Of a stretch of DNA of 64,000 nucleotides, positions 40,187-51,319 are shown piece by piece. Under the pieces are notes generated by a model. The model saw only the letters and a program-made list of their open reading frames with translations, was not told the origin of the DNA and did no database searches. Made by a program: the position numbers and the translations under genes. Origin of the DNA: an uncultured Acidobacteriota bacterium (GTDB lineage: Bacteria; Actinomycetota; Acidimicrobiia; Spongiisociales; ZC4RG35); NCBI GenBank assembly GCA_963848695.1, contig CAWKEI010000018.1, positions 140,110 through 204,109 on the forward strand, in the 5' to 3' direction. The number at the start of each line of letters is the position of its first letter. Position 1 is the first letter of the stretch.

Positions 40187-41232
40187 GGGCCCTTGTCGCG
40201 ATGTCCGGCGGCGTCGACTCCTCCGTCGCGGCGGCCCTCATGAAGGCCGACGGCCACGACGTGGTCGGAGTGACGCTCAAGCTGTGGTCGGGACCTAACG
40301 GAGAGGCACCAACAGCGGGATGCTGCACTGTCTCGGACGCCGAGGATGCGCGTCGGGTAGCGGCCCAACTCGACATCCCCTATTACGTCCTCGACTACAC
40401 AGAAGAGTTCCGTGAAGGCGTGGTCCACCGCTTCGTTCGCGACTATGGCTCGGGTCGTACCCCCAACCCTTGCATCGAATGCAACCGCATGGTCAAGTTC
40501 GATCGGCTTCTCAACGGGCTCGCCGAGTTCGACTCTGAGGTCCTCGTCACCGGTCACCACGCCCGGAATCTGAGCGTCGATGGGAGTTGGCGCCTCCATC
40601 GCGGAAAGGACCGGGCCAAGGACCAGTCCTACGTCCTCTCGATGCTGACCCAGCGCGAGCTCTCCAGGATCAGGCTTCCGGTTGGAGAGCTGACCAAGCC
40701 AGAGGTCAGGGCGGTCGCGGCCGAGATGGGGCTGCGCACCGCGGCCAAGCCCGAATCGATGGACATCTGCTTCGTCGGACAACGGAACTACCGCGGCTTT
40801 CTCCGTGACACCGCCCCAGAGGTCTTCGAGCCTGGCACCTTGGTGGCGAGCGATGGCACCGAATTGGGCCACCACGATGGGATCGTCGGATTCACCGTGG
40901 GTCAGCGACGAGGGCTGGGAGTCGCCGTCGGCGAGCCGAGGTTTGTGGTGCGGATCGACCCGGGCACCTCGACGGTCGTGTTGGGGCCGCGCGAGGAGTT
41001 GGCGGTGGGTGGTGTCGAGATCCGTCAACTCACCTGGACAGACGGTGTCCCCACCGACGGCCACGTGATGGCGCAATATCGCGCTCACGGCGAGCCGGTC
41101 GAAGCGACATTCAACGACGATCGGCTGCTGTTCACCGAACCGCAGGAGGCGGTGGCGCCCGGGCAGACAGTCGCCTTCTACGACGACGACCGGGTGCTCG
41201 GTGGCGCCCTGATCGCCCAGACCTTTCTGTGA
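40183..41232 (+). CDS. mnmA: tRNA-specific 2-thiouridylase MnmA
   Basis: ATGA overlap with iscS. SGGVDSS PP-loop and catalytic Cys context (NPCIECN). Confidence 0.92.
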   Translation: MRALVAMSGGVDSSVAAALMKADGHDVVGVTLKLWSGPNGEAPTAGCCTVSDAEDARRVAAQLDIPYYVLDYTEEFREGVVHRFVRDYGSGRTPNPCIECNRMVKFDRLLNGLAEFDSEVLVTGHHARNLSVDGSWRLHRGKDRAKDQSYVLSMLTQRELSRIRLPVGELTKPEVRAVAAEMGLRTAAKPESMDICFVGQRNYRGFLRDTAPEVFEPGTLVASDGTELGHHDGIVGFTVGQRRGLGVAVGEPRFVVRIDPGTSTVVLGPREELAVGGVEIRQLTWTDGVPTDGHVMAQYRAHGEPVEATFNDDRLLFTEPQEAVAPGQTVAFYDDDRVLGGALIAQTFL

Positions 41233-41246
41233 CGACGGGGCGGTAA

Positions 41247-43708
<2,462 letters not shown>

Positions 43709-43720
43709 CGGAGAAATGTA

Positions 43721-43785
43721 TCAATTCACTAGTGGTGTCGGACTGGCGTCTTGACAGACACCAGAAATGGTGTCACAGTGGTGTC
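43721..43785. promoter_or_regulatory. Repeat-rich operator/promoter upstream of RHH-like gene
   Basis: Three direct copies of TGGTGTC(A/G) (43726, 43767, 43778) plus an inverted copy forming GACACCA-gaaa-TGGTGTC (43756-43773). A perfect -35 TTGACA lies at 43751-43756. The ATG at 43786 is consistent with a leaderless or short-leader transcript. Confidence 0.5.
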
Positions 43786-44289
43786 ATGAATCTAGCACCG
43801 CATGTGGAAACCCTTCGTCGGGAGCTCATGGTCGCCGCCGAGGCCGGTGGTGACGAGGCTCGGGCCCTGGCCGAGCGTCTCATCATCCCGCTCGACTCGG
43901 CCACCAGGCTCGTCCTCCTGGAAGCACTCTCCGATGCCGCCAGCGAAATCACCAGTGAGCTCGCCCCGGGCTCTGTTGATGTGCGTCTTCGCGGCCGGGA
44001 GCCGGAGTTCGTGGTGACCTTGCCGCCAACCGAGCAATCGTTCGAGGACGTCGCAGCGACCAGGATCGAGACCGCCGGCTCGGGTGAGATCGATGAGACC
44101 GGCGCATCGCGGACCACGCTTCGCCTGCCCGACCACGTCAAGGCCCGGGTCGACGAGGCTGCAAGCCGGGAGGGCCTCTCGGTCAATGCCTGGTTGGTGC
44201 GCGCGGTGGTCGCTGCCCTGGAGCCGGGAGCTCGTGATGGCCGTCGCGGTCCCTCGATGGGGCAGCAGTACACCGGATGGGTGCAGTAG
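43786..44289 (+). CDS. Hypothetical protein with C-terminal ribbon-helix-helix (CopG/Arc-like) motif
   Basis: 167 aa. C-terminal TTLRLPDHVKARVDEAASREGLSVNAWLVRAVVAAL fits the RHH beta-strand plus two helices. First gene of a 4-gene plus-strand cluster. Confidence 0.55.
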   Translation: MNLAPHVETLRRELMVAAEAGGDEARALAERLIIPLDSATRLVLLEALSDAASEITSELAPGSVDVRLRGREPEFVVTLPPTEQSFEDVAATRIETAGSGEIDETGASRTTLRLPDHVKARVDEAASREGLSVNAWLVRAVVAALEPGARDGRRGPSMGQQYTGWVQ

Positions 44290-44291
44290 CC

Positions 44292-45146
44292 ATGCCCGTT
44301 TTCGAGACTCCCGAGCCGATCTCCGCGACGCTCGATCTGACAGTGGCCGACGTCAGGATCATCGCCGGCGATCGGGCCGACACCGCAGTCGACGTACGCC
44401 CAACCAACCCGGCGAAGGGATCAGACGTCAAGGCAGCGGAACAGACCATCGTCGAGTACTCCAATGGCCGATTGTCGGTCAGGATGGTGAAGGACTGGAC
44501 CAGGTACACGCCTTTCGGCGGCTCTGGGTCGATCGACGTCACGATTGAGCTACCCACCGGCTCCGACGTTCACGGTGGCTCGGACATGGGGGCTTACGAG
44601 GCGGACGGCCGTCTCGAGGAAGCCACCTTCCGAAGTGGCGCGGGCAACGTTCGTGTGGACCGGACCGGGCGCCTCTCGGTGCACACCGGGATGGGCGAGG
44701 TCAATGTCAACCATGTTGCCGGAGGCGCCGAGGTCACAACCGGGTCGGGCCAGGTCCGAGTTGGCGTGGTCGACGGGCCGGCAGTCGTCAAGAACGGGAA
44801 CGGCTCGACCAGGATCGACGCGGTCGGCAGCGACCTTCGGGTCAAAGCCGCCAATGGCGACATCGTCATCGGTCAGGCCCGAGCTTCCGTTGTCGCCAAG
44901 TCCGCCAACGGCAGTGTTCGAATCGGCGATGTCGTCAGTGGAACTGTCGTCATGGAGACGGCAGCCGGCGAGATCGAAGTCGGCATCCACGAAGGTACGG
45001 CCGCATTCCTCGACCTGAAGACGAAGTTCGGGAACGTGCGCAGCTCTTTGCAGGCCTCGGCTGCTTCGGAGCCGTCGAATTCGACCGTCGAGGTCCGAGC
45101 GCGCACCTCGTACGGCGACATCGTGATCAACCGCGCGGGCGCCTAG
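44292..45146 (+). CDS. DUF4097 family protein (LiaG/YvlB-like putative adhesin beta-helix)
   Basis: Repetitive G/N/V-rich beta-strand repeats (GSGQVRVG...NGNGSTRIDAVGSDLRV...ANGDIVIG...ANGSVRIG). An alternative start at 44277 would overlap the upstream stop. Confidence 0.65.
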   Translation: MPVFETPEPISATLDLTVADVRIIAGDRADTAVDVRPTNPAKGSDVKAAEQTIVEYSNGRLSVRMVKDWTRYTPFGGSGSIDVTIELPTGSDVHGGSDMGAYEADGRLEEATFRSGAGNVRVDRTGRLSVHTGMGEVNVNHVAGGAEVTTGSGQVRVGVVDGPAVVKNGNGSTRIDAVGSDLRVKAANGDIVIGQARASVVAKSANGSVRIGDVVSGTVVMETAAGEIEVGIHEGTAAFLDLKTKFGNVRSSLQASAASEPSNSTVEVRARTSYGDIVINRAGA

Positions 45147-45174
45147 GCGACTACCGAAGAGAAAGAAGGAGCTA

Positions 45175-46134
45175 ATGACAGCCATCAACGAAGCAAATGC
45201 TCTCGAGGTGAAGCACCTCGAGAAGGGATACAAGGGAGTACCGGTGCTCGATGACGTCTCGTTCACCGTGAGACGGGGCACCGTATTCGCCCTACTCGGC
45301 GCCAACGGGTCGGGCAAGACGACCACCATCAACGTCCTGAACACGTTGATCAAGGCCGACGGGGGCAACGCGATCGTCGGCGGGTTCGACGTGGCGACCC
45401 AACCCGACAGGGTCCGGGAGCTGATCAGTGTCACCGGGCAGTCGGCAGCCGTCGACTACATGCTCACCGCTCGGGAGAACCTGGTGCTGATGGGCGAGCT
45501 ACGCCACGTCGCCGATCCCCAAGGGGTCGCCTCTTCCTTGCTCGACAAATTCGACCTCAACGATGCGGCGGACCGTCGTCTGCTCACCTTCTCAGGTGGG
45601 ATGGGGCGCCGGCTCGACATCGCCATGAGTCTCGTCGGCGAAGCGCCCATCATCTTCTTCGACGAGCCGACGACCGGGCTCGACCCGAAGAGTCGGAACG
45701 ACATGTGGCTGACCATCCGGGAGCTGGCCGGGAAGGGGACCACCATTTTCCTCACCACCCAGTACCTGGAGGAGGCCGACCGCCTCGCCGACCAGATCGC
45801 CATCCTGCACGGAGGCCGAGTCGTGGCCGACGGGACGCCGGAACAGTTGAAGGCGATGGTGCCGGCCGGGCTGGTCGAACTGGACTTCAGCGACGAAGCA
45901 GAGCTGGCGGCGGCTCAGAGAGCGCTGGGGGATGGATATGAGCTGAGCCAGATGGATTCGAAGCTGGTTGTCGCCGGCAGTGGCTCGGTGGCCGACATGG
46001 CCGACATGTTCATCAGGCTCAACAACGCCGGTCTGGAGCCAACCGGATTCAATGCGAAGGCACCGACTCTCGACGACGTGTTCTTCAAGATCCTCGGAGA
46101 AGACAAGGAAGAAACTCATGCGAACTCTCACTGA
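45175..46134 (+). CDS. ABC transporter ATP-binding protein (DrrA-like, ABC-2 type exporter)
   Basis: Walker A GANGSGKTT, signature LSGGMGRRL, Walker B IIFFDEPTTGLD. Confidence 0.9.
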   Translation: MTAINEANALEVKHLEKGYKGVPVLDDVSFTVRRGTVFALLGANGSGKTTTINVLNTLIKADGGNAIVGGFDVATQPDRVRELISVTGQSAAVDYMLTARENLVLMGELRHVADPQGVASSLLDKFDLNDAADRRLLTFSGGMGRRLDIAMSLVGEAPIIFFDEPTTGLDPKSRNDMWLTIRELAGKGTTIFLTTQYLEEADRLADQIAILHGGRVVADGTPEQLKAMVPAGLVELDFSDEAELAAAQRALGDGYELSQMDSKLVVAGSGSVADMADMFIRLNNAGLEPTGFNAKAPTLDDVFFKILGEDKEETHANSH

Positions 46135-46891
46135 CACCTGGACGATGGCCAAGCGGAGCCTCCGTCACACGACACGCAGCATGGACACGATCATCACCGT
46201 CGTCCTGACGCCGATCGCCCTAATGCTGCTCTTCGTATATGTGTTCGGCGGCGCCCTCGGGCCGCAGACTTCGGTGGATTATGTCGACTTCCTGACCCCA
46301 GGCGTCGTCGTCATGACGGTGATCAGCGGGATCGCCTACGCCGCCTTCCGTCTCAGCATGGACATGCAGAAGGGGATTATCAGCCGCTTCCGGACGATGC
46401 CGGTGAGACCTTCTTCGGTGTTGAGTGGCCAGGCGATGTCATCGACGGTCTCCAACCTGCTCTCCTGTGTCCTCGTGCTCGTGGTGGCATTCATCATCGG
46501 ATTTCGCCCGGTTGCCGGCCCTGCCGCCTGGCTGTTGTTCGCCGGCTTCCTGATCCTGTTCATACTGGCGACCACCTGGCTGGCCATGTTCTTCGGCCTG
46601 ATCGCCAAGACTGTCGAAGGCGCCGGCGCATTCAGCTACATCCTGATCCTGCTGATCTTCATCAGCCCGTCATTCGTGCCGACCGACTCGATGGCGCCGT
46701 GGCTGAGGAGCTTCGCAGAGAATCAGCCGCTGACCCCGATAGTCGAGACGATTCGCTCACTCCTCATCGAGGGAATAGCCGGGCCTCGAATTTGGGAGGC
46801 ACTGGCCTGGGCGACAGGGATCCTCATTGTCTCCTACACCATGGCGCTGGTCGCCTATCGCCGCAGCGAACCGATTCCGGTCCCGCAGTAA
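46118..46891 (+). CDS. ABC-2 family transporter permease
   Basis: Six TM helices. Start overlaps the ATPase gene by 17 nt. Typical DrrB-like partner. Confidence 0.8.
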   Translation: MRTLTDTWTMAKRSLRHTTRSMDTIITVVLTPIALMLLFVYVFGGALGPQTSVDYVDFLTPGVVVMTVISGIAYAAFRLSMDMQKGIISRFRTMPVRPSSVLSGQAMSSTVSNLLSCVLVLVVAFIIGFRPVAGPAAWLLFAGFLILFILATTWLAMFFGLIAKTVEGAGAFSYILILLIFISPSFVPTDSMAPWLRSFAENQPLTPIVETIRSLLIEGIAGPRIWEALAWATGILIVSYTMALVAYRRSEPIPVPQ

Positions 46892-46920
46892 CAGCGTGTG
46901 CAGCAACCTCATCATGACCC

Positions 46921-47310
46921 TCACCCGACCCGGAAGGACCATTCGTATTCGCCCGGGTCGGGGAGGCCGCTGATCTTGTCCCAAACCACCCGGACGGTGT
47001 GCTCGCCGGGGGCCCACTCGGTGATGGTCGGGTTCTGCGGCGAGGGCGACCACCGGTAGACACCCGTCCCCTCGACGAAGACCACGTCGGTGACCAGCCA
47101 GTCGTCGATGTAGATGTCCGCCCGGTAGGCCACTGGCAGGTCGACCTCGACACTTGTTTGGGGGGGTACCAGGTCCCCCGGGCTGGGCGAGATCGCCTCG
47201 ATCTGCTCGGGCACGACCAGCTCGTCACCGCTCCGGTTGAAGGCGATCCCAAAGGCGATGGCGGCTACGGCTACGAGTCCGAGCCCGATGTAGAGGAGGC
47301 GGTAGGGCAT
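46921..47310 (-). CDS. Hypothetical membrane-anchored protein
   Basis: Start taken at MPYRLLYIGLGLVAVAAIAFGIAF (N-terminal TM anchor). About 129 aa. Confidence 0.45.
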   Translation of the reverse strand: MPYRLLYIGLGLVAVAAIAFGIAFNRSGDELVVPEQIEAISPSPGDLVPPQTSVEVDLPVAYRADIYIDDWLVTDVVFVEGTGVYRWSPSPQNPTITEWAPGEHTVRVVWDKISGLPDPGEYEWSFRVG

Positions 47311-47331
47311 CGGCTCGCACCGTAGCGGTGG

Positions 47332-48180
47332 GTGGATGCAATTACCCTGCCGCCAGACCGACGAGGGAGCCAGTTGCCCGACCAAGACACCATCCGCGCT
47401 GCCTTCGCCGGTGAGATCGAGCCCGCAGCAGCCGCTGACGCGGTGGAGCGAACCATCGCCTCACTCGATCGGGGCGAAGTGAGGGTGGCGGAGAAGGTCG
47501 ACTCCGACTGGGTTGTGAACCCGTGGGTCAAGGAGGCCATCCTTCTCTACTTCCGGCTCCGCGCCATGGAGACCTTCGAGATCGGCCCGTACGAGTTTCA
47601 TGACAAGATCCCGCTGAAGACCGGTCTGGCCGAGCAAGGGATCCGGTTGGTGCCACCCGGCACCGTGCGATACGGGGCGTTCTGCGAGCCGGGGGTGATT
47701 GTCATGCCGGGGTACGTGAACATCGGTGCTTATGTGGGCTCCGGCACCATGGTCGACACCTGGGCGACTGTCGGGTCGTGCGCCCAGATCGGTCGGGACG
47801 TGCATCTCTCCGGTGGGGTGGGCATTGGCGGCGTGCTGGAGCCGCCGGGTGCGCGTCCGGTGATCATCGAGGATGGGGCCTTCATCGGCAGCAGGTCGAT
47901 CGTCGTCGAGGGGACGGTCGTCGAGGAGAAAGCGGTGCTGGGAGCCAATACCGTGCTCACCGCATCGACCCCGATCATCGACGTGACCGGTCCGGAGCCG
48001 GTGGAGCACCGGGGGAGGGTGCCCGCTGGTGCGGTGGTGGTCCCGGGGACCAGGCCCAAGCAATTCCCCAGCGGCAGCTACGACCTCACCTGCGCCTTGA
48101 TCATCGGCAGACGGACCGCAGCCACCGACGAAAAGACCTCGCTGAACGATTTCCTCCGCGATTTGGACGTTCAGCTTTGA
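47332..48180 (+). CDS. dapD: 2,3,4,5-tetrahydropyridine-2,6-dicarboxylate N-succinyltransferase
   Basis: Hexapeptide-repeat left-handed beta-helix (GAYVGSGTMVDTWATVGSCAQIGRDVHLSGGVGIGGVLEP). Adjacent to dapE. Confidence 0.85.
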   Translation: MDAITLPPDRRGSQLPDQDTIRAAFAGEIEPAAAADAVERTIASLDRGEVRVAEKVDSDWVVNPWVKEAILLYFRLRAMETFEIGPYEFHDKIPLKTGLAEQGIRLVPPGTVRYGAFCEPGVIVMPGYVNIGAYVGSGTMVDTWATVGSCAQIGRDVHLSGGVGIGGVLEPPGARPVIIEDGAFIGSRSIVVEGTVVEEKAVLGANTVLTASTPIIDVTGPEPVEHRGRVPAGAVVVPGTRPKQFPSGSYDLTCALIIGRRTAATDEKTSLNDFLRDLDVQL

Positions 48181-49199
48181 CCGATCTGGTCGAGACTCTG
48201 ACCTGGCTCGTCGATATCCCTTCAGTCACCGGCGACGAGGCAGTCCTTCGGGACGCCATTGCGACTCGTCTCGACGGTCTGCCGCAGCAGACAATCGGCG
48301 ATTCCCTTGTGGTGGGAGAGCCCCAGGAGGGAGCGGTTCTGCTGGTCGGGCATCTCGACACCGTGCCGCTTCAGGGCGAGGACGGGGCGAGAGTGGACGG
48401 CGATCGGGTGCACGGACTCGGCTCCACCGACATGAAGGGAGGGCTGGCGGTGATGATCCATGTCCTCGAAACCCTCGGTCCGGCGCAGGCCGTTGGTGTC
48501 TTCTACGCCGGTGAGGAGGGCCCACTCGGCGGAAACCAGCTAGCGATGGTGCTCGATGACGCCTCCTGGCTCCGAGCCGCGTCGGCCGCGGTCGTGCTGG
48601 AGCCGACCGACGGGGCAATCGAGGCGGGGTGCCAGGGGTCGATCAACGCCAATGTGAGCTTCATCGGCGAGCCGGCCCATTCGGCCCGGCCCTGGCTAGG
48701 GGACAATGCGATCACCAAGGCCGGCCCGTTCCTGACCCGGATGAGAGAGCTGGGCCCCGACCTACACCTGGTCGGCGGCCTCAAGTTCCTGGAGGTCGTC
48801 TCGGTGACGATGGCCCATGGCGGCGTCGCCCGGAACGTGATCCCGGGGGAATTCACCATGAATGTCAACTATCGCTTCGCCCCAGACCGCGACCAGGACG
48901 AGGCTGTCGCCCGATTGATCGAGATCTGCGCCGAGGCCGACCGGGTTGACGTGACCGATGTGGCACCGTCAGGCTCGGTCGACATCGACCATCCCCTGTT
49001 CCGCGCCCTCATCGATCGGTCCGGGGCATCGGTCCTCGGCAAGCAGGGATGGACGGACGTCGGCCAGCTCTCGGCGCTCGGGATCCCCGCGCTCAACTTC
49101 GGCCCTGGCGAGCCTGCGCTGGCCCACAAACCGGGTGAGTCGGTCCGAATCTCCGACCTCGGCTGGGTCTACGAGTCCTTGCTCGTCGTGCTCCGCTGA
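48177..49199 (+). CDS. dapE: Succinyl-diaminopimelate desuccinylase (M20 peptidase)
   Basis: TTG start overlapping the dapD stop. M20 metal-binding motifs (GHLDTVP, GSTDMKGG). Confidence 0.85.
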   Translation: MTDLVETLTWLVDIPSVTGDEAVLRDAIATRLDGLPQQTIGDSLVVGEPQEGAVLLVGHLDTVPLQGEDGARVDGDRVHGLGSTDMKGGLAVMIHVLETLGPAQAVGVFYAGEEGPLGGNQLAMVLDDASWLRAASAAVVLEPTDGAIEAGCQGSINANVSFIGEPAHSARPWLGDNAITKAGPFLTRMRELGPDLHLVGGLKFLEVVSVTMAHGGVARNVIPGEFTMNVNYRFAPDRDQDEAVARLIEICAEADRVDVTDVAPSGSVDIDHPLFRALIDRSGASVLGKQGWTDVGQLSALGIPALNFGPGEPALAHKPGESVRISDLGWVYESLLVVLR

Positions 49200-49510
49200 C
49201 GGCCGAGCAGGACCCAGAAGCCCCACCCGATCAGAGCCGCCCATACCAGAGCGGGACGGGCGAGGACCAGGACGAGCCCCAGGCCGGCCACGATGAGTGT
49301 CGGTAGCGACGGCTTTCGAATGTTGGGCAGTATCAGTGCCACGGCCCCCAAGACGGCCCCCACCCTGATCAGCAACCCACCCAGGTTGTTACCGAGGCCT
49401 TGCTCGTCGAACAGGAGCATCGCCAGACCCATCCCGATCACCACCAGCCCGACGACCCCCATGATGATGGCGGTGCTCCTGAGCTGGTTCTTCTGGGCCA
49501 CACCATCCAT
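49169..49510 (-). CDS. Hypothetical small membrane protein
   Basis: Start at MDGVAQKNQLRSTAIIMGVVGLVVIG. Three hydrophobic helices. Confidence 0.4.
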   Translation of the reverse strand: MDGVAQKNQLRSTAIIMGVVGLVVIGMGLAMLLFDEQGLGNNLGGLLIRVGAVLGAVALILPNIRKPSLPTLIVAGLGLVLVLARPALVWAALIGWGFWVLLGRQRSTTSKDS

Positions 49511-49568
49511 TCTGGCGCGCCAAGACGGGTGGAATAGCCCCCACGGGGGCCTCTTAGACTCGGCGCCG

Positions 49569-49859
49569 ATGCCCATAGACATCGATATCGCACATGTTGC
49601 CCGTCTGGCCCGTCTTGGTCTGAGCGAAGCGGAGCTCGAGACATACAAGGCACAGCTCGGTGTGATCCTCGATCACGCCGCCCGGGTCCAGTCATTGGAA
49701 GTCGAGCCGGACGTCGAGGCTGCTCACCCACTTGGTCTCTCCAATGCGCTCAGGGAAGACGAATTGCGGCCGTCGCTGGACAGAGCGGAGGTGCTGGCTC
49801 AGGCCCCCGAGGCGCTCGACGGCAACTTCGTGGTCCCACCTGCGATGGGAACAGAGTGA
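49569..49859 (+). CDS. gatC: Asp-tRNA(Asn)/Glu-tRNA(Gln) amidotransferase subunit C
   Basis: MPIDIDIAHVARLARLGLSEAELETYKAQLGVILDHA is typical GatC. Directly upstream of gatA. Confidence 0.88.
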   Translation: MPIDIDIAHVARLARLGLSEAELETYKAQLGVILDHAARVQSLEVEPDVEAAHPLGLSNALREDELRPSLDRAEVLAQAPEALDGNFVVPPAMGTE

Positions 49860-51319
49860 TCGCGTCGACCATCGCCGAGGCAGGCCGGATGCTTCGCGCT
49901 GGGGAGACCAGTGCGTCCGCCTTGCTCGAGGCTGCTTTGGAAACTGCTTCCCGGACCGAGGCCGAGCTGCATGCCTTCCTGACCATCGATGCGGAAGGAG
50001 CGAGGGAGGCAGCTGGTCAGGCCGACGCCGATCTCGCCGACGGGATCGATCGTGGCCCGCTGCACGGCATCCCCACTGCTCTCAAGGACAACATGTGCAC
50101 CCGCGGGGTGGAGACAACGGCCGCCTCGCAGATCCTCGCCGGTTATGTCCCGCCCTACGACGCCACCGTGGTGACCAAGCTGCGCAGCGGTGGAGCGGTG
50201 ATCATCGGCAAGACCAACCTCGACGAGTTCGCCATGGGCTCGTCGACGGAGAACTCGGCCTATGGGACCACGTACAACCCATGGGACCTGAGCCGGGTTC
50301 CGGGCGGCTCATCGGGCGGCTCCGCCGCGGCTGTCGCCGCGGGATCGGCCCTCCTCGGGCTCGGGTCCGACACGGGAGGGTCGATCCGCCAGCCTGCCTC
50401 GTTGTGCGGTGTGGTAGGGATGAAGCCCACCTACGGCACCGTGAGCCGATACGGGCTGATCGCATTCGCTTCCTCGCTCGACCAGATCGGCCCTTTCACC
50501 CGCACCGTGGAGGACTCTGCCCTGACCCTGGCCTCGATCTGGGGATACGACCCTCTCGACTCGACGTCCCATCAGGGCCCGTATCCGGATCCGACCGTCG
50601 GCCTCGATCGGGGCGTGGAGGGGATTCGCATCGGCGTGGTGTCGGAGCTCTCCGGCGAGGGCTATGAGCCGGCAGTCGAAGCGGCCACCGGGGACATGGT
50701 GTCGAGGCTCGAGAAAGAGGGCGTGGAGGTGATCGAAGTCTCGCTCCCGACCTTCGACATCGCCTTGTCCGCCTACTACCTGATCGCCCCGGCCGAGGCC
50801 TCTTCCAATCTGGCCCGGTTCGATGGGATCCGCTATGGGTTGAGGGTCGACGGTGCCACCACCGAAGAGCTGATGGCGCGAACGAGGGCAGAAGGGTTCG
50901 GCCCCGAGGTGACTCGCCGCATCCTCCTCGGCACCTATTCGCTCTCCGCCGGTTACTACGACGCGTTCTACGGCCAGGCGCAGAGGGTGCGGGCTGCCAT
51001 CCAGGACGACTTCGCCAAGGCCTACGAACAGGTCGACGTCCTCGTCTCCCCGACGAGCCCGACGGTGGCCTTCAAGGCCGGCGAGCGAACATCGGACCCG
51101 CTGGCGATGTACCTCTCGGACATATGCAACATCCCGGCCAATCTCGCCGGTCACCCCGCCATCTCGGTGCCAATCGGGCTCGACGACGCCGGGCTGCCCA
51201 TCGGCTTCCAGGTGATGGCCCCTGCCTTGGGTGAGACGGTCATGTACCAGGTGGCGGCGGAGGTGGAACGACTCGCGGACTTCCGAATCGAGCCGTCGGC
51301 GCTCGAGGTGGCCCGATGA
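49856..51319 (+). CDS. gatA: Glutamyl-tRNA(Gln) amidotransferase subunit A
   Basis: 487 aa. Amidase signature GGSSGGSAAAVAAG with Ser-cisSer-Lys triad context. Confidence 0.95.
   Translation: MIASTIAEAGRMLRAGETSASALLEAALETASRTEAELHAFLTIDAEGAREAAGQADADLADGIDRGPLHGIPTALKDNMCTRGVETTAASQILAGYVPPYDATVVTKLRSGGAVIIGKTNLDEFAMGSSTENSAYGTTYNPWDLSRVPGGSSGGSAAAVAAGSALLGLGSDTGGSIRQPASLCGVVGMKPTYGTVSRYGLIAFASSLDQIGPFTRTVEDSALTLASIWGYDPLDSTSHQGPYPDPTVGLDRGVEGIRIGVVSELSGEGYEPAVEAATGDMVSRLEKEGVEVIEVSLPTFDIALSAYYLIAPAEASSNLARFDGIRYGLRVDGATTEELMARTRAEGFGPEVTRRILLGTYSLSAGYYDAFYGQAQRVRAAIQDDFAKAYEQVDVLVSPTSPTVAFKAGERTSDPLAMYLSDICNIPANLAGHPAISVPIGLDDAGLPIGFQVMAPALGETVMYQVAAEVERLADFRIEPSALEVAR

Noticed and set aside
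40048-41088. 346-aa minus-strand ORF antisense to mnmA
   Set aside because: mnmA on the plus strand has canonical PP-loop motifs. The antisense ORF has no recognisable features.
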